Positions 56,239-64,000 of a stretch of 64,000 bases of DNA are shown here, one piece after another; positions within the stretch are counted from its first letter, which is position 1; every line of letters starts with the position of its first letter. The notes under the pieces are model-generated. The model made no database searches and was not told the DNA's origin. It saw only the letters and a list, made by a program, of their open reading frames with translations. A program made the translations under genes and the position numbers. This DNA comes from Alphaproteobacteria bacterium (GTDB taxonomy: Bacteria; Pseudomonadota; Alphaproteobacteria; RF32; CAG-239). Where the stretch lies: NCBI GenBank assembly GCA_017939155.1, contig JAGAZZ010000044.1:7756-71755 (forward strand), read 5' to 3'.

Positions 56239-56262
56239 AAAAAAAGGGCGGAAACCCACCCT
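56239..56262 (-). terminator. Rho-independent terminator after pgk
   Basis: On the minus strand, AGGGTGG-GTTT-CCGCCCT (one G-U pair) is followed by TTTTTTT. Confidence 0.75.
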
Positions 56263-56288
56263 CTTAAAAGAAAAACAGTATCTGTTTA

Positions 56289-57500
56289 TTACTTTTTCAT
56301 CACGGCAACACCCGGAAGTTCTTTGCCTTCCATCCATTCCAAAAAGGCACCGCCTGCGGTGGAAATATAAGTAAATTTGTCGGCAACACCGGCGTTCTCT
56401 AAAGCAGAAACCGTATCGCCGCCACCGGCAACAGAAGTTAATTTACCAGCCTGTGTCAGTTCTGCCGCGTGCTGGGCAACTTTGTTGGTCGCGTTGTCAA
56501 ACGGCTTCATTTCAAATACGCCCAAAGGTCCGTTCCAAACCAACGTTTTGCATTCATCAAGTTTGGCATTAATCGCGGCAATCGTCTTTTCACCAACATC
56601 AAGCAAGCTCCAGCCTTCTGCCGGAATCTCGGCAAGAGAAACTGTCTTATGCTCAGCCATCGGCTTAAATTCTTTTGCTACAACCACATCAATCGGCAAA
56701 ACAATCTCACAGCCGTTAGCTTTAGCTGTTGCCATAATTTCTTTAGCTGTATCAAGCATATCCATTTGTACTAAAGAGTTGGCTTCATTAATGGTGTCAA
56801 TGCCGCTTGCTTTCATAAATGTATGCGCCATACCGCCGGAAATAACCAGCTTGTCAACTTTCTTAACCAAGTTGTTCAACAAATCTAATTTAGTAGAAAC
56901 TTTAGAACCGCCGACAATCGCAATCAACGGGCGAACCGGATTGTTTAAGCCGGTAGACAACGCATTAACTTCTTCTTCCATCAAAAGCCCCATAGCAGAC
57001 GGGAGCAATTTAGCTGCCGCAACCATTGAAGCGTGAGCGCGGTGTGCCGTAGAGAAAGCATCGGAAACATAAACGTCAGCCGGTTTAACCAACTCTTTGG
57101 CAAATCCTTCGTCGCCTTTTTTCTCTTCATTATAAAAGCGCAGGTTTTCTAACAACAAAACCTCATCAGCTTTCATATTTTTAACCGCATTTTCAACTTT
57201 TTCGCCAATGCAGTCATCAACAAACACAACGTGTTTGCCCAAAGCTTTTTCCAAATCTTTAACAATATGCGAAAGAGAATTCTTCATATCTCCTTTGCCT
57301 TCAGGTCTGCCGAAGTGAGAAATAACCACAACCTTAGCTCCCTTATCCATTAAAGCCTTAATGGTAGGAACCGTACGGTCAATACGGGCTGTGTTAGTAA
57401 CATTAAAATTTTCATCCATCGGCACATTCAAGTCAGCGCGAAGCATAACCACTTTGCCTCTCAAATCACCCAAATCTTTAATTGTCTTGTATTCTGTCAT
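56289..57500 (-). CDS. pgk: phosphoglycerate kinase
   Basis: 403 aa with RADLNVP, the canonical N-terminal motif, and a C-terminal GGGDT. Confidence 0.97.
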   Translation of the reverse strand: MTEYKTIKDLGDLRGKVVMLRADLNVPMDENFNVTNTARIDRTVPTIKALMDKGAKVVVISHFGRPEGKGDMKNSLSHIVKDLEKALGKHVVFVDDCIGEKVENAVKNMKADEVLLLENLRFYNEEKKGDEGFAKELVKPADVYVSDAFSTAHRAHASMVAAAKLLPSAMGLLMEEEVNALSTGLNNPVRPLIAIVGGSKVSTKLDLLNNLVKKVDKLVISGGMAHTFMKASGIDTINEANSLVQMDMLDTAKEIMATAKANGCEIVLPIDVVVAKEFKPMAEHKTVSLAEIPAEGWSLLDVGEKTIAAINAKLDECKTLVWNGPLGVFEMKPFDNATNKVAQHAAELTQAGKLTSVAGGGDTVSALENAGVADKFTYISTAGGAFLEWMEGKELPGVAVMKK

Positions 57501-57592
57501 CTTTTTTCCTTAAATAAAAAACAATCCCCGCCACTAATATCTTCACAAAACAAAGTCTTGTGTTGATATAAAGACGGGGAAAGTTAAACAAT

Positions 57593-58750
<1,158 letters not shown>

Positions 58751-58804
58751 TTAAAAAAAGAAAATCCCGCCTCTGTAAAGCGGGATTTTATGACTTAAAG
58801 AAGA

Positions 58805-61800
58805 TTAACGTTCACGAGAACTTATAATCCATTTATCCAAATGAGGATTGCCAGTCAGTCCGTTGGCTTTAGCCCAAGCTGTATATTCTTGAGCCTCTTT
58901 CGCTGCTTTTTTAGCCGCCTTCCGAGCAGCTCTGTTGCTGACTTCAGACTTCGCTTCTTCCGTTGCCGCATCGGTCGTTTCGCTGTGAGTACCGTTTTCA
59001 ACCAAAATGCCTTCTTTATTTTCAACATCTAAAGCGGCTACATCATCAACACTGGCCTGACCCGTAATCGTTACCTCGTCAGCATTAATATTGTTGCCCT
59101 TAAAGGTTAAAACATCAGGCTCGGTAGCAACCGTCGGGGTTTGAACCTCGGTAACAACCTGATATTCTTCTGTCTTCACAAAGTCTTCCGGCTCAGGCGG
59201 TTTGTTCCAAATTTTAACAAACATTCTTTCCCACTTTTTCCCGGTTGGTCTTGTCGTGCCGCAATCTGCGTTAACTCTGGAATAAACATTCTTTTCGTCG
59301 CAGTCGTTAAAAGTATAACGAACAGTTTGAACACATCTGTTTCCGACAACGCCGTCCATCGAACCATCCGTATTAACTCTGTCAACTAATCCTTTAATGT
59401 TGGCTATTCTGCTGGCTTCAATTGTTTCATCGCAACCATTGAAATAATGGTCAAGCGCAATAATTTCATTTTTGAAAGCACCGGCGCCCGTATTGTTAGA
59501 CCATTCAACAATTTGCTTATAAGAAAACAGAGCTTGCTCTCTTGTTAATCCCTCAAAAATGCCGCCTTTGGCTAACATCTCATCCGTAATCTTTTCTTTA
59601 TAAAACTCAAAAGCGTTCTCTCCTTTATTTTTAAAGAAAGATTCAAGCTTTTCATATTGTTTTTCTGTTAAACCGGTATTGTTGTAACCGCCGCGTGCCG
59701 CGTTCAAGTCAGAAGCTTCAACTGCTTCGCCCTCATTTGCCGTTTCAGTTGTCGTCGGGACAACTTCGGACGCTTCGTTTTCGGAAGCTTTAGAGAAACT
59801 TTCGCTAACAATAAATCCCTCTTGCTCTTGAGCAGGCGCACCCTCAGTAACCGCTGAGTTGCTATCACTAACAAAGCTCTCTGTCGTAACAAAATCAGTC
59901 TGTTGGTCAGAACCTGCATTTGTAACATCAACAGTCGCACCCTTTGGCGCAACGGCAAAGCTCTCTGTCGTAACAAAATCAGTTTGTTGGTCTGAGCCTG
60001 CGTTTGCAACATCAACAGTCGCAACCTTAGGCGTAGTGGCAAAGCTCTCTGTTGTAACAAAACCTTCAGTATCATTTCCGTTTTCAACCAAAATATTGGT
60101 TTTGTTTTTGACGTCTAAAGCCGCAACATCATCGGTCGTGGCTTGACCAACAACGTTAACGTCGGTTAAGCCGTTGCCTTTAATCTTATTAACCTGCGGT
60201 TCTGTAACAACTGTTTCCTGAGTATAAGTGGTTTGTGTCTGAAATTCGCTGGTTTGAACAAAATCAGTTTGCTCATTTTGCGGTTTGTTTGGTGCTTCTG
60301 CAACTGGCTCTGCCGGTTGTTGTCCCTCCGGAACCGACGCCTCATTTGCCGCGTCATTAACATTGTTACACCCGCAATCAACTTTTTGTGTATGCAAAAC
60401 AGGTGCTTCACCACACTCTGTATCACGAGCGGTAACACGTAAGCACTCCGACCCTTGAACATCGCGAATGCCACCGCTTGGCAAGACGTCATCCATACTC
60501 TTAACATCTTCAGCCGTTAAAGAGCCGCCGCAACCATCAAAGAAAGAATCTAACTTAGCTAAAGTCTCACGGTGTTGAAATAAATTCCAAGAGCCTAATT
60601 GCTTATATTCAAACAAAACTTGTTCTCTCGTTTTTCCTGCAAACACGCCGCCGTCTTGCAACATATCATCGGTGATTTTTTGATACTTAGCATCAAATTT
60701 CTCACCAAAATAATTTTTCATATTCTCCCATTGTGTTGAGGAAATACCCATATTTTCGTTCCAAGCACTCGGAACAGTAACAGGCGTTGCTTGAACTTCC
60801 GGCTCAACTTCGTCTGCTTCAGTATTTTGAACGACAACTTTTGAAGGAACAGTATCCGCTTTACCCTCAAGGCTGTCATGCGGAGCTTCTGAGACGTCCG
60901 AGGCAACACGATGGCTTGTGTTTTCACCGCAAGATACCATAACATATCCCATAATCACCGTGCTGACGACTGCCAATCCCTTTGACCACAAATCCTTTTG
61001 TTTGTCTTTTAAGGTTTTGATTGCATTTGTCAAACTGTTAGCGGTATAAACAGCCGTGCTGGATAAAGATTGAACACTCTTTTGTACCAAAACACCGCCA
61101 CCGGCGCTTGCAATCGTACCGGCAGCACCTAAACCGACCAAACCTGCGGCACTTGCCCAAGCCGCATCCTTAAAATAGGTTTTGCGCAATTCTTTATTGG
61201 AAAAAATCGTCTTTGGTGCCGCTTTTAACCGACTAAAGAAGCCAACCTTAGGCGCGTTTTTATCTTGTTTTGCCAAACGAGCTTCTTTTCTGGCGAATGT
61301 AATAATCGGCCATACCCAAGCGGAAGTCGCTTTGTAAGCGCCATAACCGATAACGGCAGCGCCAAGCCAAGACGCATTAGCCGCCGTAGCTCCAACTAAA
61401 ACGCCGGTCGCGACCAAATTGGTCGTAATTTTCGGAGCGCGGTCTTTCATATTAGCAATAAATTCATAACGTTGCCCCCAAGCTTCTTTAGCCTTTCTAT
61501 GGAAAAATTCTTTAGCTTGGTGGGTTAAAACAGCCGCTTTTGAGAAATATTCTTTATTTTTGCCATTGGCTTTTTTAGCTAATTCGGTGCATTTCTTAGC
61601 AAATTGAGAAGTTTTTGCTTCAGATTCGGCGCAAGCAGCCATAATAGCGCTTGAGGAAACTTTAATCTTTTGTTTTAAGTCAAAAGCCTTCCTCATTTTT
61701 TGCAACATAGAACCGGATTGCTTAACAAAGAAATTCTTATCTTCGTTTTCAATCGCTTGAGCAGCACCCGAAACCTCGTTTTCAACTTGAGCAGATGTTC

Positions 61801-62335
61801 TTAAATGAGCAATAGTCCCCAAAAAAGAGCTCTTAATTTCTGCAAATAAACTCTTTTTCTTTTCTTCTGTTGTTTTCTCAGCAAATTCTTTGTTGCCGAC
61901 TTGTTCACGCCAAACGTCTAATTTGGCTTTTTCAAACAACATTGTAAAGTGGTCGTGCTTTTCTTGTCCCTGAAGTTCAAAACGCTCCTTGGTGTCAGGG
62001 TTAACATCATAAACTTCGGTGTTTTCTTCAGCTTCTTTAATTTCTTTATCAGCAAAGAACTTTTCTTCTAACTGGCGGTCATCAAATTCCTTTTTGATAA
62101 AAGAAGCATTATCGAAGACTTCTTCGGCTTCAGCCGTAATTTCTTCTTCTTTTTGCATTTTTTTCTCTAAAGCTTGCTCTGCATTGCGGATTTTTTCAAG
62201 CTCTTGGGCAAAGCGGGAATCGTCAGCTTTCACCATTTCCAAAGCTTTGGCAAAAACTTCATCATCGGCATTGATGTAGCCGCCTGCAATTTCATAAGCT
62301 GTATCTAAATCCATGCTGTCATAAGCATTGCTCAT
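58805..62335 (-). CDS. large (1176 aa) hypothetical protein: charged coiled N-terminus, central hydrophobic Gly/Ala-rich segments, two copies of a ~233-aa Cys-containing module, basic C-terminal tail
   Basis: One uninterrupted ORF. The modules are at about 60065-60765 and 58991-59690. They share ...ITD(D/E)ML..GG(V/I)F.G.TREQ.LF.YKQ..., ...GC..., ...DCG... and GQA(T/S)(T/V)DDVAALDV.NK..ILVENG. I recognise no family. Confidence 0.7.
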   Translation of the reverse strand: MSNAYDSMDLDTAYEIAGGYINADDEVFAKALEMVKADDSRFAQELEKIRNAEQALEKKMQKEEEITAEAEEVFDNASFIKKEFDDRQLEEKFFADKEIKEAEENTEVYDVNPDTKERFELQGQEKHDHFTMLFEKAKLDVWREQVGNKEFAEKTTEEKKKSLFAEIKSSFLGTIAHLRTSAQVENEVSGAAQAIENEDKNFFVKQSGSMLQKMRKAFDLKQKIKVSSSAIMAACAESEAKTSQFAKKCTELAKKANGKNKEYFSKAAVLTHQAKEFFHRKAKEAWGQRYEFIANMKDRAPKITTNLVATGVLVGATAANASWLGAAVIGYGAYKATSAWVWPIITFARKEARLAKQDKNAPKVGFFSRLKAAPKTIFSNKELRKTYFKDAAWASAAGLVGLGAAGTIASAGGGVLVQKSVQSLSSTAVYTANSLTNAIKTLKDKQKDLWSKGLAVVSTVIMGYVMVSCGENTSHRVASDVSEAPHDSLEGKADTVPSKVVVQNTEADEVEPEVQATPVTVPSAWNENMGISSTQWENMKNYFGEKFDAKYQKITDDMLQDGGVFAGKTREQVLFEYKQLGSWNLFQHRETLAKLDSFFDGCGGSLTAEDVKSMDDVLPSGGIRDVQGSECLRVTARDTECGEAPVLHTQKVDCGCNNVNDAANEASVPEGQQPAEPVAEAPNKPQNEQTDFVQTSEFQTQTTYTQETVVTEPQVNKIKGNGLTDVNVVGQATTDDVAALDVKNKTNILVENGNDTEGFVTTESFATTPKVATVDVANAGSDQQTDFVTTESFAVAPKGATVDVTNAGSDQQTDFVTTESFVSDSNSAVTEGAPAQEQEGFIVSESFSKASENEASEVVPTTTETANEGEAVEASDLNAARGGYNNTGLTEKQYEKLESFFKNKGENAFEFYKEKITDEMLAKGGIFEGLTREQALFSYKQIVEWSNNTGAGAFKNEIIALDHYFNGCDETIEASRIANIKGLVDRVNTDGSMDGVVGNRCVQTVRYTFNDCDEKNVYSRVNADCGTTRPTGKKWERMFVKIWNKPPEPEDFVKTEEYQVVTEVQTPTVATEPDVLTFKGNNINADEVTITGQASVDDVAALDVENKEGILVENGTHSETTDAATEEAKSEVSNRAARKAAKKAAKEAQEYTAWAKANGLTGNPHLDKWIISSRER
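59872..60072. repeat. 84-bp tandem repeat, ~2.4 copies, inside the large ORF
   Basis: Units start at 59872, 59956 and 60040. They encode FVTTESFA(T/V)(T/A)PK(V/G)ATVDV(A/T)NAGSDQQTD and are near-identical at the DNA level. Confidence 0.85.
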
Positions 62336-62416
62336 TGTTATTTCTCCTAAAAAAACACGTTCTATTTGCAGGCAGTATATAACAAGTTTTTCATAATTTC
62401 AACAACTTTTTTGTCA

Positions 62417-62445
62417 ATTTTAAATATTTTTTAAAAATATGTCAA
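62417..62445 (-). promoter_or_regulatory. sigma70-type promoter candidate for the large ORF (TTGACA-17-TAAAAT)
   Basis: On the minus strand, -35 is at 62440-62445 and -10 at 62417-62422, about 80 nt upstream of the ATG at 62335. Confidence 0.4.
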
Positions 62446-62464
62446 ATTCGGCAATAAAAAAGGG

Positions 62465-62493
62465 TTGCGAAATTTACCGAAATAAAATATAAC
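62465..62493 (+). promoter_or_regulatory. sigma70-type promoter candidate for queA (TTGCGA-17-TATAAC)
   Basis: Hexamers are at 62465-62470 and 62488-62493. The SD AGAGGAAAG precedes the ATG at 62522. Confidence 0.4.
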
Positions 62494-62521
62494 AGCAGGA
62501 AATTAACGAAAAGAGGAAAGA

Positions 62522-63604
62522 ATGCGCGTAGATTTATTTGATTTCGAACTTGACAAAGAATTAATTGCCAAAGTTCCGGCAAACCCCAGAGATACATCTC
62601 GATTGCTAGACTTATCTGATGAAAAGGAAATTGTAGACCGTCATTTTTATGATTTGCCGGATATATTGCAAAAAGGCGATGTGTTGGTTTTTAATAACAC
62701 CAAAGTTATTCCGGCGCGTTTATATGGCAGGAGAGGGGAGGCTGAGGTTGAAGTAACGCTTTATCATCCTGAAAATGGTCTGACCTGGCACGCTTTTATC
62801 AAAAATGCCAAACGTCTGCATCCTGAAGATATAGTCACATTTTATACTTCTGAGATAAACATAGAACAGTCTGATTTTAAAGCTAAAGTGCTCGAAAAAA
62901 ACGGCGAAGACGGTGTGCTGATAGAATTTTTATGTTCTCCCGAAGAATTATCTAAAAAACTTGAAATGTATGGTTTAATGCCTCTGCCACCTTATATAAA
63001 AAGAGAAAAGCCTCAAGCCGGTTTATGGAATAAATATAATGACAAAGAAAATTATCAAACCGTATACGCCAAATATGAAGGTGCTGTTGCCGCGCCGACT
63101 GCTGGTCTTCACTTCACCGATGAAGTGCTGAAAAAAATAGAAGAAAAGGGTGTAACAAAAGTTTTCTTAACGTTGCACGTCGGCGCCGGAACATTCTTGC
63201 CGGTAAAAACCGATGATACGAAAGACCATAAAATGCACGCTGAATACGGTATAATCACTAAAGAAGCCTGCGATATTATCAATCAGGCTAAAAAAGAGGG
63301 CAGGCGGGTAATAGCCGTCGGCACAACATCTGTTCGTTTGCTTGAAAGCGCTGCTGATGAAAAAGGTATTCTTCATCCCTTTAACGGGGAAACCTCAATT
63401 TTTATCACGCCCGGCTATAAATTTAAGATAATAGATTATATCATTACAAATTTCCATTTGCCGAAGTCAACGCTGTTTATGCTTATTTGTGCTATTGCCG
63501 GTACAGAACGGATGAAACAAGCCTATGCCCATGCCATTAAAGAAAAATATCGTTTTTATTCCTATGGGGATAGCTCTATTTTAAAATGTGTAAATAAAAT
63601 TTAA
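62522..63604 (+). CDS. queA: S-adenosylmethionine:tRNA ribosyltransferase-isomerase
   Basis: 360 aa. MRVDLFDFELDKELIA..P...RD.SRLL, AAPTAGLHF, VGAGTF and AVGTTS.R.LES are canonical QueA motifs. Confidence 0.95.
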   Translation: MRVDLFDFELDKELIAKVPANPRDTSRLLDLSDEKEIVDRHFYDLPDILQKGDVLVFNNTKVIPARLYGRRGEAEVEVTLYHPENGLTWHAFIKNAKRLHPEDIVTFYTSEINIEQSDFKAKVLEKNGEDGVLIEFLCSPEELSKKLEMYGLMPLPPYIKREKPQAGLWNKYNDKENYQTVYAKYEGAVAAPTAGLHFTDEVLKKIEEKGVTKVFLTLHVGAGTFLPVKTDDTKDHKMHAEYGIITKEACDIINQAKKEGRRVIAVGTTSVRLLESAADEKGILHPFNGETSIFITPGYKFKIIDYIITNFHLPKSTLFMLICAIAGTERMKQAYAHAIKEKYRFYSYGDSSILKCVNKI

Positions 63605-63654
63605 CTATTCTTCGTTAAAGTAACCGCAAAACGAAATACAAAGCGGAGCTAAGC

Positions 63655-64000
63655 GTGTTGAAATTAGGAATAGAATTTGAAAAAATTTTTGCGTTCAGCA
63701 AAAATTCGTTGTTGCCTATATCAATAATGGGGCTGTTTTTTATATACTTTTTTTCGGTTTCCGGTTTTTCGGAAGAAATGTATGCTCCGGTTCGTCGCCT
63801 TTTTGCCGTATCTGTAGTTTTAACTCTTATTTTAGCTTCTTTTTTTCGTCAAGTGCAGACATTGATATTGGTTTCGGTCATAGCCGTAAGCTATACCGTC
63901 ATAAGTGTCTTGCGCTATACCTACGGTGAGGATTATATGTTTTCAGCCGGATATAATATCTGGAGCTTGCTTCTTTTTCCGAATTTGGTTTTGGCTTTTT
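63655..64000 (+). CDS. membrane protein, 5' partial (runs off the window)
   Basis: The frame is open from the GTG at 63655 (GGAG 6 nt upstream) to the window end. It is hydrophobic and helix-like. This ORF is not in the supplied track. Confidence 0.4.
   Translation, partial: MLKLGIEFEKIFAFSKNSLLPISIMGLFFIYFFSVSGFSEEMYAPVRRLFAVSVVLTLILASFFRQVQTLILVSVIAVSYTVISVLRYTYGEDYMFSAGYNIWSLLLFPNLVLAF

Noticed and set aside
59872-60072. Regularly spaced direct repeats as a CRISPR array
   Set aside because: The repeats are contiguous 84-bp units with no spacers. They lie in frame inside a long ORF, so this is a coding tandem repeat.

Overview
This is an AT-rich alphaproteobacterial chromosome segment. 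The assignment rests on gcrA, hflK-hflC-degP, rpoZ-spoT-DUF2062-acpS, leuS-lptE-holA synteny, DUF2155 and an alpha-type L36. I call about 57 protein genes and saw no rRNA, tRNA, CRISPR array, transposase or integrase. The backbone is housekeeping: fabD-fabG, ftsK, rsmB, a TolC-MacA-MacB efflux operon, gltX, holC, apbC, ettA, clpPX, gap-pgk and queA. It also carries a large envelope component: a GldF/G-type ABC system, tandem MlaD paralogs, an MlaC-like gene, two GT-C-like membrane proteins, and FAD-oxidoreductase and DUF218-like genes. Between these lie accessory genes suggestive of a host-associated lifestyle: an ankyrin-repeat protein, an orphan VirB8-like gene, a lipoprotein with a cadherin-like domain, and a 1176-aa internally duplicated protein. 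The most unusual signal is a set of five unrelated orphan genes in three loci (14.1 kb, 21.8-22.8 kb, 54.9-56.2 kb). Each is a monocistronic cassette with the same upstream layout, TTGCWT-N17-TATNNT-N15-17-ATTATTAAT. Each leader lacks a Shine-Dalgarno sequence, and each cassette ends in a hairpin terminator. A 1.2-kb gene-free gap (4.5-5.8 kb) is filled with GC-rich nested palindromic repeats. All functional calls come from motif recognition by eye; no database search was run.
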